NCBI GenBank assembly: GCA_963770895.1
Contig: CAVYRF010000002.1
Location: forward strand, 128,001-192,000
DNA from: an uncultured Acidobacteriota bacterium
Lineage (GTDB): Bacteria > Acidobacteriota > Thermoanaerobaculia > Multivoradales > UBA5704
Direction of reading: 5' to 3'
Length of the DNA stretch: 64,000 bases
Shown: positions 27,025 to 36,450 of the stretch, piece after piece
How positions within the stretch are numbered: position 1 is the first letter of the stretch
How the letters are laid out: each line of letters opens with the position of its first letter
Notes under the pieces: generated by a model
What the model saw: only the letters and a program-made list of their open reading frames with translations
The model's database searches: none
Told to the model about the DNA's origin: nothing
Made by a program: the position numbers and the translations under genes

Positions 27025-29150
27025 CCCGCCGCCCGCGCCGCGGCGCGGGCGCTGCGCGGCAGCTGCGCGTCGAGGGCGACCAGCGACGAGCGCAGGGCGG
27101 CGCGGTCGCCCTCCGCCAGCCGGCCGCCGCCGAAGCTCTCGCGCAGGTAGAGAGCGACGACGTGCGCGGTGGGCGCCGCGGCGGCGGGGAACCGCGCCGC
27201 GGCAAGCGATTGCAGCGCCAGCGGCGCCGTCGCCGGCGGCACGCGCAAGCCGGCGCGCAGCAAGCGGCTGCGGACGCGGGTGTAGGCCAGGGTGGCGTCG
27301 AGCGGCGGCCGCAACCGCCGCCAGACCAGCGCCGCCGCCGCCAGCAGCGCCACCGCCGCCACCGCCGCCCAGGGCGAGCGCAGCAGCGCGCCGACGGCCG
27401 TCTGGTCCGGCGCCGGCGCCGCGGCGGGCAGCGCCGCGGCAGCCGTGGCGCCGGGCGTCGCGACCAGCGGCGGCGGCTCCGGGTGCGCGCGATCGAAGAA
27501 GCCGAGCAGGCCGCCCCACAGGCGGCGCAGCTGGCCGAAGAACGCCACCTGGTCGTAGATGCCGTAGGTCAGCACGTAGCGGTCCCAGCGGAACTGCACA
27601 AAATCCCAGGCCTGCCGCGTCAGCAGCCAGACGCCGGCGGAGGTTTCGGCCGGGCGGCCGGCCGGCGGCGTCGGATCGAAGATCTGCCAGCCCTGCGCCG
27701 GCCCCAGGTAGGCTTCGACCCAGGCGTGGGCGTTGCTGTCGCGCAGGATCAGGAAGCCCTCGAAGGGGTTGTACTCGCCGCCCAGAAAGCCGGTCACCAG
27801 CCGCGCCGGCACGCCCTGCGCCCGCAGCATCAGCACCATGGCCGAGGCGAAGTATTCGCACTGGCCGCTCTTGTAGCGGAAGAGGAAGCTTTCGATCGGG
27901 TTGTCGTCGACCGTGCGGCCGGCCAGGTCCAGGGTGTAGACGTAGTTCTCGCTCAGGTGCCGCTCCAGGCGCGCGGCGCGCTCGCCGGCAGTGCCCCGCC
28001 CCGCGACGCGCGCGGCGAGAGCGGCGATGTGCGGCGTCAGGCCCCCGGTGTCCAAGGTGGGATCGGACGCGCCGGCGGGCGGCTCCGACAGCAGCACCGG
28101 CCGCTTGCCGATGCCCACCCGGTAGTCGCGCAGCTCCAGCGGGCTGAAGGCGAACGCCAGCGCGCCGCCTCCGTCGATCACCAGCCCGGTGACCTTGGGA
28201 TCGACCTGCAGCGTTTCGACCGGCAGCGGCAGGCTGCGGCTGTGCAGCGGCTGCAGGAAGACGTGCAGCCAGCGGTCGGGGTGGCCGGCGCCCAGCACGA
28301 ACAGGCCGCCCGGCCGGCGCAGCAGCTCGTTGCGCATGCGGGTGCGCTGCCAGCGGCCGTCGCTGTAGCGGTCGTAGGTCGCGGCCTTGAAGCGCAGGTC
28401 TTCGCCGATGCCCGGCGGACCGCCGCTTTCGAACTGCACGCGGATCGCCACCGCGCGGCTGGTGCGGATCTGGTCGATCGAATCCAGGGTCACCGCGTCG
28501 GAAAAACCGGCAGCTTCCTGCACCAGGCCGCTGCCGTTGCCGCGGCCGATGATGTACGGCGAGCGCAGCCGCGGCAGCACCGCGAACAGCGGCACCGCCA
28601 GCAACAGGATGATGACCGTCGATACCGCCACCAGCCGGCCGACCGGCATCGCCGCCAGGCTGGGATCGTCGCGGCTGAAATCGGCCAGCACGTGCAGGAA
28701 GGCAAAGCGCATCAACAGCACCAGCGACAGGACCAGAAACGCGGTCAGGTAGAGCACGATCGTCGGATGCGAGCTGGTGCCCATCGACGCCAGGAAGATG
28801 AAAAAGACGCCGATTCCCACCTGCCACTTGTCGCGCTCGCGCACCATGGCGAACAGCTTGACCAGCAGGGCGAACAGCCCCAGGTGCAGCACCGGCGCCA
28901 CCAGGTGGCCGCGATGGAAAACCAGCAGATCGGCGCCCAGCAGCGGCAGGTAGGCGAACCCCAGGACGTTGAGACCCCACAGCGGCAACCACCTGGCGGG
29001 ATCCAGCCACGCGCGGCGCAGAAAGAAGAGGACGCCGATGGAATACAGGATCACCACCGGCCAGCCGATCACGTCGCTCAGCGGCAGCGGCAGCGGCGCG
29101 AGCAGCGCCAGCCAGCCGATGAGCAGGCGCTTCTGGCGGCCGAAGCTCAT
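27021..29150 (-). CDS. DUF3488/transglutaminase (TgpA-like) membrane protein
   Basis: N-terminal TMs; GQCEYFAS...AHAWVE...FDPT Cys-His-Asp triad. Confidence 0.92.
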   Translation of the reverse strand: MSFGRQKRLLIGWLALLAPLPLPLSDVIGWPVVILYSIGVLFFLRRAWLDPARWLPLWGLNVLGFAYLPLLGADLLVFHRGHLVAPVLHLGLFALLVKLFAMVRERDKWQVGIGVFFIFLASMGTSSHPTIVLYLTAFLVLSLVLLMRFAFLHVLADFSRDDPSLAAMPVGRLVAVSTVIILLLAVPLFAVLPRLRSPYIIGRGNGSGLVQEAAGFSDAVTLDSIDQIRTSRAVAIRVQFESGGPPGIGEDLRFKAATYDRYSDGRWQRTRMRNELLRRPGGLFVLGAGHPDRWLHVFLQPLHSRSLPLPVETLQVDPKVTGLVIDGGGALAFAFSPLELRDYRVGIGKRPVLLSEPPAGASDPTLDTGGLTPHIAALAARVAGRGTAGERAARLERHLSENYVYTLDLAGRTVDDNPIESFLFRYKSGQCEYFASAMVLMLRAQGVPARLVTGFLGGEYNPFEGFLILRDSNAHAWVEAYLGPAQGWQIFDPTPPAGRPAETSAGVWLLTRQAWDFVQFRWDRYVLTYGIYDQVAFFGQLRRLWGGLLGFFDRAHPEPPPLVATPGATAAAALPAAAPAPDQTAVGALLRSPWAAVAAVALLAAAALVWRRLRPPLDATLAYTRVRSRLLRAGLRVPPATAPLALQSLAAARFPAAAAPTAHVVALYLRESFGGGRLAEGDRAALRSSLVALDAQLPRSARAAARAAG

Positions 29151-30211
29151 GCCGACGCCTGCCGCGGCCCGGCGTCCAGGTGGATGCGCAGCTGCGGCGT
29201 GCGCGGGTCGCTGCCCGCGAGCGGCTCGCGGCGCCGTTCCACCGGTTGGATGAGGGCCAGCAGCTCGAGCACCGCCAGGCGCTGGCGCGGCCCGCCGGCA
29301 AAGGGCAGCACGCGGTCGCGCGTCACCAGCTCCACCAGATAGCCGCGCGCCAGGTGGTCGACGGCGGCGGTCGCCGCCTCGCTGACCAGCCGCTCGAAGC
29401 GGCCGATGCGGGCCGGGTCGCGCAGCGGGCCGACGGCGTTGTCGAACAGCACCGACAGCCGCCGCGTGCGCTCGGCTTCCCGCTCCATGTACACCAGCGA
29501 GCCGGTGCGCGCCGTCTGCTTCCAGTGGATGCTGCGCGGATCGTCGCCGTTGCGATAGGTGCGCAGCGAAAAGAGGGAATGTCCCCGGCCGGCGCGGCGC
29601 GAGGCGCTGTCGCCCGGCGCTTCGGGCTCCTCCAGCCGGGTGGCGGCGGCGGGGAAGATCTCCGGGAAGACCAGCACCTCCAGGTCGACCGGGTAGCGCA
29701 CCCCTTTACGGAAGAAGCCGAACGGGAACAGGCTGGACACGTGCGCGTGGGCGAAGCGATAGGGACCGCGGTGCGGCAGCAGCGACTCGATCGCGCCGCT
29801 GCTGCGCCCGTGTCGCGGCAGGTAGGGGACCAGCAGCGGCTTGGCCTCGCGCGCCAGGCGCAGCAGCAGGAACCAGCGCGGCAGCAGCAGGCCGCGGTTG
29901 CTGACCGTGAAGCGCACCGCGAAGGGGCGGTTGGCAAACACCTCTTCCGGCGCCGTCAGCGCGACGCCAAGCCCGCGCACGTTCTGCCGCGACAGCAGCC
30001 CGGACAGGATGAGCATGCCGAACATCACCGCCAGCACCGCGTACAGCGCGTTGTTGCCGGTGTTGGTGGAGGCCAGCGCCACCATCAACGCCAGCAGCAC
30101 GAACCACAGCCCGACCGTGGTGATGCGGATGCCTTCGACCGCCGGACCGCGCCGGCGCGATCGGGCCGCGGGCGGCGGCGCCGGCACGGTGGAAGCGGCG
30201 GCGGACGGCAT
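29147..30211 (-). CDS. DUF58 family protein
   Basis: NTGNN, FPFGFF and LRTYRNGDDPRSIHWK motifs; lies between moxR and the transglutaminase gene. Confidence 0.9.
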   Translation of the reverse strand: MPSAAASTVPAPPPAARSRRRGPAVEGIRITTVGLWFVLLALMVALASTNTGNNALYAVLAVMFGMLILSGLLSRQNVRGLGVALTAPEEVFANRPFAVRFTVSNRGLLLPRWFLLLRLAREAKPLLVPYLPRHGRSSGAIESLLPHRGPYRFAHAHVSSLFPFGFFRKGVRYPVDLEVLVFPEIFPAAATRLEEPEAPGDSASRRAGRGHSLFSLRTYRNGDDPRSIHWKQTARTGSLVYMEREAERTRRLSVLFDNAVGPLRDPARIGRFERLVSEAATAAVDHLARGYLVELVTRDRVLPFAGGPRQRLAVLELLALIQPVERRREPLAGSDPRTPQLRIHLDAGPRQASA

Positions 30212-30225
30212 GGCGGCGCGGCTTT

Positions 30226-31218
30226 CTAGATGGGCACCGGGGTGGCGGCGATCACCCGCTCGATGGCCTTGCGGGTGCTTTCCAGGTCGACGCCGCCGCG
30301 CTTGAGCGCCACGCGGTGGGCCAGCACCGGCACCGCCAGGCGCTGCACGTCGTCCGGCACCGCGTAGTTGCGTCCCTCCGCCAGCGCCAGCGCCTGCACC
30401 GCCCGGTACAGGCTTTGCGCGCCGCGGGTCGAGACGCCCAGCAGGAACTCGCCGCCGCGGCGGGTGGTCTCGGCGATCGTCAGCAGGTAGTCGGCCAGCT
30501 TGTCGGCCACCCGCACCTGCTGCGCGCGCACCTGCAGGTCCAGCAGGTCGGCCTGGCTGACCACCGGCTGCAGGCGCTGCAGCACGTCTTCGACGCCGCC
30601 CATCTGCAGCAGCTCGCGCTCGTCGGCGCGCGGCGGATAGCCGAGCGAGAGCGACATCAGGAAGCGGTCCAGCTGCGACTCCGGCAGCGGGAAGGTGCCC
30701 TGGAACTCCAGCGGGTTCTGCGTCGCCAGGACCACGAACGGCTCGGGCAGCAGGTAGCGCCGGCGCTCGACCGTCACCGTCCGCTCGCTCATCGCTTCGA
30801 GCAGCGCCGACTGCGTCTTGGGCGTCGCGCGGTTGATCTCGTCGGCCAGCACGACGTTGGCGAACAGCGGCCCCGGCACGAATTCGAAGCCCTGGTTCTT
30901 CTGGTTGAAGATCGACACGCCGATGATGTCGGAGGGCAGCAGGTCGCTGGTGAACTGGATGCGCTGGAACGCCAGGCCGAGCGAACGCGCCAGCGCCTGG
31001 GCCAGGGTGGTCTTGCCGACGCCGGGAACGTCCTCGATCAGCACGTGGCCGCGAGCCAGCAGGCAGACGGTCGCCAAGCGGATGACTTCGTGCTTGCCGC
31101 GGATGACGCAGGCAACGTTGTCTTCCAGCCGCCGGATGGCGGCGAGCGCCGCCGCGGGAGCCGCGAGCTCGGTTTCATCCTGGGGGCGGGGAGCTGCAAG
31201 GGTCGGCTGCATCGTCAT
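30226..31218 (-). CDS. MoxR family AAA+ ATPase
   Basis: EDVPGVGKT, RIQFTSDLLPSD, LADEINR, ATQNP and PESQLDRF motifs. Confidence 0.95.
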   Translation of the reverse strand: MTMQPTLAAPRPQDETELAAPAAALAAIRRLEDNVACVIRGKHEVIRLATVCLLARGHVLIEDVPGVGKTTLAQALARSLGLAFQRIQFTSDLLPSDIIGVSIFNQKNQGFEFVPGPLFANVVLADEINRATPKTQSALLEAMSERTVTVERRRYLLPEPFVVLATQNPLEFQGTFPLPESQLDRFLMSLSLGYPPRADERELLQMGGVEDVLQRLQPVVSQADLLDLQVRAQQVRVADKLADYLLTIAETTRRGGEFLLGVSTRGAQSLYRAVQALALAEGRNYAVPDDVQRLAVPVLAHRVALKRGGVDLESTRKAIERVIAATPVPI

Positions 31219-31359
31219 GCTCCAGACACACGGGCACAGCGTATACGGAGCCGGCGCGTCGGCGGTTCGGTTGCGCACCCGCGCCAGCGGTGCGAGCTTC
31301 CAGGGAGGCAGATTATAGCCACATTCCCAAACGTCACTTTCGCATCGCCCGAGCAACGA

Positions 31360-31395
31360 TTGACCGCCTCATTTTCGTCCTCTACTATGGGACGA
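31360..31395 (+). promoter_or_regulatory. recA promoter with an overlapping inverted repeat
   Basis: TTGACC-N17-TACTAT; TCGTCC-N9-GGACGA flanks the -10 element. Confidence 0.6.
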
Positions 31396-31513
31396 GTCGA
31401 TCGGCCCGAGCCGCTCCCCCGTTCCAGCAGCCCGCCGGCTCCCGAGCCCGCGCTTCGCAGGCTCGTCGGCCCCACAACAACAGACCGCCGCCAAGGCAAG
31501 GATCCCTAATCAC

Positions 31514-32647
31514 ATGGCAGACACCAAGACCGACCGACTGAAGGCTGTCGACGCGGCGCTGTCGCAGATCGAGCGCCAGTTCGGCAAGGGCTCGATCATG
31601 CGGCTCGGCCAACGCGAGAGCCACGGCGTCGAATCGATCTCCACCGGCTCGATCTCGATCGACAATGCCATCGGCATCGGCGGCCTGCCTGTCGGCCGGG
31701 TGGTGGAGATCTACGGGCCCGAATCGTCGGGCAAGACGACCCTCGCCCTGTCGACCGTCGCCCAGGCGCAAAAGCGCGGCGGCATCGCCGCCTACATCGA
31801 CGCCGAGCACGCCCTGGACGCCGAATACGCCCGCAAGCTGGGCGTCGACATCGACAACATGCTGGTGTCGCAGCCCGACAGCGGCGAACAGGCGCTGGAG
31901 ATCGCGGAAATGCTGGTGCGCAGCAACGCCGTCGACATCGTGGTCATCGACTCGGTGGCGGCGCTGGTCCCCAAGGCAGAGCTGGAAGGGGAAATGGGCG
32001 ATTCGCACGTCGGCCTGCAGGCGCGCCTGATGTCGCAGGCCTTGCGCAAATTGACCGCGATCGTCGCCAAGTCGCGCACCTGCCTGGTCTTCATCAACCA
32101 GATCCGCGAAAAGATCGGCGTCATGTTCGGCAACCCTGAAACCACCACCGGCGGCCGGGCGCTCAAGTTCTACGCCTCGGTGCGCATCGACATCCGCCGC
32201 ATCGCCTCGCTCAAGGAGGGTGAGGAGGTCACCGGCTCGCGCGCCAAGGTGAAGGTGGTCAAGAACAAGATGGCGGCGCCCTTCCGCCAGGCCGAATTCG
32301 ACATCGAATACAGCGAAGGGATCTCCAAGACCGGGGAAATCATCGACCTGGGGGTCGACCACAAGCTGGTCATCAAGAGCGGCGCCTGGTACGCCTACGG
32401 TGAAGTACGCCTCGGCCAGGGGCGCGAAAACTCCAAACAGTTCCTGCGCGAAAATCAGGACCTGGCCAACGAGATCGAAATGAAGCTGCGCGAAAAGCTC
32501 GGCATGCCGGCGCAGGGGACCGCCGCCGCTCGCGAAGCCGCCGCCACTGCCCCGGCAACCCCAGCCCCCGTGTCCACGGCGGCGCCAGGCGCCGCGGCAC
32601 CGGCCGCGCCAACCGGACGGGCCGCCCGGCAGGCTGCCGAAGGCTGA
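31514..32647 (+). CDS. recA: recombinase RecA
   Basis: [25 protein letters not shown] and GGRALKFY motifs. Confidence 0.99.
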   Translation: MADTKTDRLKAVDAALSQIERQFGKGSIMRLGQRESHGVESISTGSISIDNAIGIGGLPVGRVVEIYGPESSGKTTLALSTVAQAQKRGGIAAYIDAEHALDAEYARKLGVDIDNMLVSQPDSGEQALEIAEMLVRSNAVDIVVIDSVAALVPKAELEGEMGDSHVGLQARLMSQALRKLTAIVAKSRTCLVFINQIREKIGVMFGNPETTTGGRALKFYASVRIDIRRIASLKEGEEVTGSRAKVKVVKNKMAAPFRQAEFDIEYSEGISKTGEIIDLGVDHKLVIKSGAWYAYGEVRLGQGRENSKQFLRENQDLANEIEMKLREKLGMPAQGTAAAREAAATAPATPAPVSTAAPGAAAPAAPTGRAARQAAEG

Positions 32648-32672
32648 CGCCCGACGCCTGGATTCCCGGCAC

Positions 32673-33314
32673 CTAGCGCATCCAGCGCGCTTCGTGCCAG
32701 CCCAAGTGCTCGTGCGAGTTGAACAGGCGCACCACCGGCGCCTCGCCCCAATCGATCACCGACAGGGTCGCGGGGTCCAGAAAGAGGCGCCGGGCGACGG
32801 CCAGCGGCACCGCCAGGGCGGTGCACAGCAGAGCCTTGATCGGCCCGACGTGGCTGACCAGGGCGATCCAGGCTCCCGGGTGGGCCAGGGTGAGATCCGC
32901 GGCCATCGCCCTCACCCGGCCCGCCACCGCCTCCAGCGATTCGCCGCCGGGCGGCGCCGCCGCCGCATCGGCCTCCCAAGCGGCCAGCAGCGCCCGGTCG
33001 CCCTGGCCGCGATCCAGGACCTGGGCGCGCGTCAGGCCCTCCCACTCGCCAAAGCTCTGCTCGCGCAGGCGCGGCTCGGCGGCCATGGTGATGCCCAGCC
33101 CGGCGGCGATCCGCTCGCCGGTCTGGGCGGCGCGCAGCAGCGGGCTGGCATACACTGCGGCGATCGGCAGCTGCGACAGTGCCGCCGCCACCCGCTCCGC
33201 CTGGCGGTGTCCCAGCTCGGTCAGCGGTTCGTCCAGGCTCCCCAGGTACCGCATCTCGCGGTTCGAATGGGCTTCGCCATGGCGGACCAGCAGCAGGCGA
33301 AGCGGCGGCGGCAT
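32673..33314 (-). CDS. histidine phosphatase family protein
   Basis: LVRHGE, SPLLRA, FGEWEG and VSHVG motifs. Confidence 0.9.
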   Translation of the reverse strand: MPPPLRLLLVRHGEAHSNREMRYLGSLDEPLTELGHRQAERVAAALSQLPIAAVYASPLLRAAQTGERIAAGLGITMAAEPRLREQSFGEWEGLTRAQVLDRGQGDRALLAAWEADAAAAPPGGESLEAVAGRVRAMAADLTLAHPGAWIALVSHVGPIKALLCTALAVPLAVARRLFLDPATLSVIDWGEAPVVRLFNSHEHLGWHEARWMR

Positions 33315-33581
33315 GCCGGTACTCTACCCGGTTTCAGCGGGCGACCCGCCGCTGCCCGGGTGCGGGCGCGAAGTTTGCACGACGGTATGCGATACCTTTG
33401 CCCGTGGCGGGGCGCCGCGAGCGAACGGCGGAGGCAGCCAGCCGTGACAATGACAGTTTCTCCCTTGAATCGGCCGGTTGCCGAAGCCGCACCTGACACC
33501 GGCAGCCTGTCCGCAATACGGTCGGCGGCCCTGGATTGCCAGTGTTTCGGCAATCATGGTCGTATCCGTTCTTACAATGCG

Positions 33582-34073
33582 ATGGTCATTTTGCCAACGA
33601 ACGGGTCCCCCTCGGCCCCGCCTCCGGCGCTGCAGCTCGACGCGGCATCGCAGCCGCTGTCCTCGCCGCGGTCCAGCGCGCGGCGCGGGCTGGACACCGG
33701 CCGCGAACGCACCCTGCACATCCTGCTGGTGGAAGACCACCTGGATACCGCCGCGGCGTTGCGCGACCTGCTCAGCGGCCTGGGCCATCGGGTGACGGTG
33801 GCACACACCGTGACCGACGCGCTCGCCGCCGCCTCCCGCGAGCCGCCGGAGCTGGTGGTAAGCGACATCGGTCTGCCCGACGGCAACGGCCATGAGCTGA
33901 TGCGGTCCTTGGTCCAGCGGTTCGGACTGCACGGCGTCGCCGTATCGGGGTACGGCAGCGAAGAAGACCGCCGGCGAAGCCTGGCGGCCGGCTTCGACAG
34001 CCACCTCACCAAGCCCTTCACCGCGCAACAGCTGTGCACGGCGATCGCCCACGCGGCAGACGCCAGCGACTGA
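33582..34073 (+). CDS. single-domain response regulator (REC)
   Basis: ILLVEDH...SDIGLPDGNG...SGY...HLTKP. Start is uncertain. Confidence 0.85.
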   Translation: MVILPTNGSPSAPPPALQLDAASQPLSSPRSSARRGLDTGRERTLHILLVEDHLDTAAALRDLLSGLGHRVTVAHTVTDALAAASREPPELVVSDIGLPDGNGHELMRSLVQRFGLHGVAVSGYGSEEDRRRSLAAGFDSHLTKPFTAQQLCTAIAHAADASD

Positions 34074-34080
34074 GAGCCGA

Positions 34081-35235
34081 GTGCAAGCGCCGCGAACCCT
34101 GGGGTGGGCCTGCGTGGCCTGGCTGCTGGCGGCCGGGCTCACGCGCCTGTTGTGGGCGCCGGTTTTCCATTTCGTCCCGCTCCTGGCATTCTTCGTCGCC
34201 GCGGTCGGGGCGGCCTGGGCGTTCGGCCTCTGGCCCGCGGTCTGCGCCGGCGCGTTGGGCGCGATCAGCGGCTGCCTGCTGGTGGGGGCGCTCGGCGGCA
34301 CCGACCAAGCCCTGGCCGCGACCCAGGTCACGACCAGCCTGATCGTTCGCGCCGTCTTGCTGGTCGCCGTCGCCGCCTTCGTCGGCTATCTGCGCGACCG
34401 CTCCGGCCGTCTCGCCAGCCGGCTCGCCCGCACCGAAGGCCGGCTCGACGCGGCGCTCACGCAGCTGGGAGAGGCGCGGCAGGAGGCGGCCGAAGCCAAG
34501 CAGGCAAAGTCGCGCTTCCTGTCCAGCCTGTCGCACGAGCTGCGCACCCCCCTGACGCCGGTCCTGGCCATCGCCGGAGTGCTCGAAAAAGAGGAGCGCC
34601 TGCCGCCCTACATGCGGGAAAGCCTGGCGACGGTGCGCCGCAACGTCGAGTTGGAGGCGCAGCTGATCGACGAGCTGCTGGCCAGCGGCTCCGGCTCCGA
34701 GCCGCCGCCACCGCCGGTGGCGAGCAACCGCCAGGACACCAACGCGGGCGGCGCGGCGCCGGCGCCCGCGCAGCTCAGCATCCTGCTGGTGGAAGACCAC
34801 GCCGACACCGCCAGCGCCCTGTCCGATCTGCTCGACACCCTCGGCTATCAGACCACCATCGCCGGCAGCATCGCCGAGGCGCGCGCCGCCGTCGAGCGCT
34901 CGGCCGCCCAGCGCGCCGGCCGCCAGCCTTTCGACCTGCTGGTGAGCGACCTCGGCCTGCCCGACGGCAACGGCCAGGACCTGATGCGCGAGATCTCGCG
35001 GCGCTACCGCTTCCCGGGCATCGCGCTGTCCGGCTACGGCTTCGACGAAGATCGCGAAAAGAGCCTGCACGCCGGTTTCGCCCGCCACCTCATCAAGCCG
35101 ATCCATCCGCGCGATCTGCAGGCGGTGATCCAGGAAGTCGTCGCGGCGCCGGCTGCCGCCACGCCGGCGACCGCCAACGCGGCAGCGTCCAGCCAGCCCA
35201 AGAACGGCGTCCGGCCCGCGGGCTCCACAAACTAA
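34081..35235 (+). CDS. membrane sensor - HisKA - REC protein lacking the HATPase domain
   Basis: About four TMs, H-box FLSSLSHELRTPL, a short Pro-rich linker, then REC. No N/G1/F/G2 boxes. Confidence 0.82.
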   Translation: MQAPRTLGWACVAWLLAAGLTRLLWAPVFHFVPLLAFFVAAVGAAWAFGLWPAVCAGALGAISGCLLVGALGGTDQALAATQVTTSLIVRAVLLVAVAAFVGYLRDRSGRLASRLARTEGRLDAALTQLGEARQEAAEAKQAKSRFLSSLSHELRTPLTPVLAIAGVLEKEERLPPYMRESLATVRRNVELEAQLIDELLASGSGSEPPPPPVASNRQDTNAGGAAPAPAQLSILLVEDHADTASALSDLLDTLGYQTTIAGSIAEARAAVERSAAQRAGRQPFDLLVSDLGLPDGNGQDLMREISRRYRFPGIALSGYGFDEDREKSLHAGFARHLIKPIHPRDLQAVIQEVVAAPAAATPATANAAASSQPKNGVRPAGSTN

Positions 35236-35289
35236 GCGAAAGGCAGACCGCCCCTGCAAGGCTCCTCTTCCGCCCCGGCAGGCGGGCTG

Positions 35290-36450
35290 GTGCTGGTGCT
35301 CAACGCCGGCTCCAGCACGCTCAAGTGGTCGGCGCTCGCCGCCGCCGGCGACCCGCGCCCGCTGGCCGGCGGCACCGTCGACTGGGAGAGCGACCAGGCC
35401 GCGCGGCAGACCGAACAGGTGCGCCAGGTCTTCCGCCAGGCGGTGGCGGCGCTGCCCGCCGTACCGATCGCGGTGGGCCACCGGCTGGTCCACGGCGGCG
35501 CCCGCTTTCGCGCCGCGGTGACGGTCACCGCCCAGGTGCGCCAGGCGCTGGACCAACTGATTGAGATCGACCCGCTGCACACGCCGGCCGCGCTCGCCGG
35601 CATCGACGCGGTCAGCGCTGAAGCGCCGGACCTGCCGCAGGTCGCCTGCTTCGACACCGCCTTCCATGTCACCCTGCCCGAGGCCGCCGCCCTCTACCCG
35701 CTGCCCTGGGAATGGAGCGAGCGCTTCCAGCTTCGGCGCTACGGCTTTCACGGTCTGTCGGTCGCCTACGCCCTGCGCCAGGTGAGCGAACGCATGGGCG
35801 CGACGCCGGGGCGGCTGGTGGTCTGCCACCTGGGCAGCGGCTGCTCGCTCACCGCGGTGTCCGATGGCCGTTCGGTGGACACCACCATGGGATACACCCC
35901 GCTCGACGGCATGATGATGGCGACGCGCCCCGGCGCGCTCGACCCCGGCCTGCTGCTGCACCTGCAGCGGCGCTGCGGGGTCGGCCTGGACGACCTGGAA
36001 GCGGGCCTGCAACACGGCTCGGGGCTCGCCGGCGTTTCCGGAGTCGGCGGCGACCTCAGGAAGGTGCTGGCCGCCGCCGCCGGGTCACACCGGGCGGCCC
36101 TGGCCTACGACACCTTCCTGCACAGCCTGGTGCGTATGGCCGGCGCGATGATCGCGGTGCTCGGCGGCCTGGACGCGCTGGTGTTGACCGGCGGCATCGG
36201 CGAGCACAGCGACAGGCTGCAAGGCGACTTCGTGCAGCGGCTGGCCTATGCCGGCGTGCCGGGCATCGCACCGGCCGACCGGGCCGACGGGCGCGGCGGT
36301 GGCGGCGCCACCCCCACCCCGGCTGACGACGACCGCGAGATCTCGCCGCCCGGCTCGGCCGTGCGCGTCTTCGTCATCGCCGCGCGCGAAGACCTCACCG
36401 TGCTGCGCGACGTGCTGGCCGTGCTCGCCGCGCCCAAAGGATCGGACTAG
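35290..36450 (+). CDS. ackA: acetate/propionate kinase
   Basis: NAGSS, GHRLVHGG, FDTAFH, RRYGFHG, HLGSG, MGYTPLDG and TGGIGE motifs. Confidence 0.92.
   Translation: MLVLNAGSSTLKWSALAAAGDPRPLAGGTVDWESDQAARQTEQVRQVFRQAVAALPAVPIAVGHRLVHGGARFRAAVTVTAQVRQALDQLIEIDPLHTPAALAGIDAVSAEAPDLPQVACFDTAFHVTLPEAAALYPLPWEWSERFQLRRYGFHGLSVAYALRQVSERMGATPGRLVVCHLGSGCSLTAVSDGRSVDTTMGYTPLDGMMMATRPGALDPGLLLHLQRRCGVGLDDLEAGLQHGSGLAGVSGVGGDLRKVLAAAAGSHRAALAYDTFLHSLVRMAGAMIAVLGGLDALVLTGGIGEHSDRLQGDFVQRLAYAGVPGIAPADRADGRGGGGATPTPADDDREISPPGSAVRVFVIAAREDLTVLRDVLAVLAAPKGSD

Noticed and set aside
25396-29301. 1301-aa ORF as one protein (similarly 378-2540, 21663-24092 and 12758-15622)
   Set aside because: The N-terminal extensions are off-frame read-throughs of the upstream gene; coupled internal starts explain the real genes.
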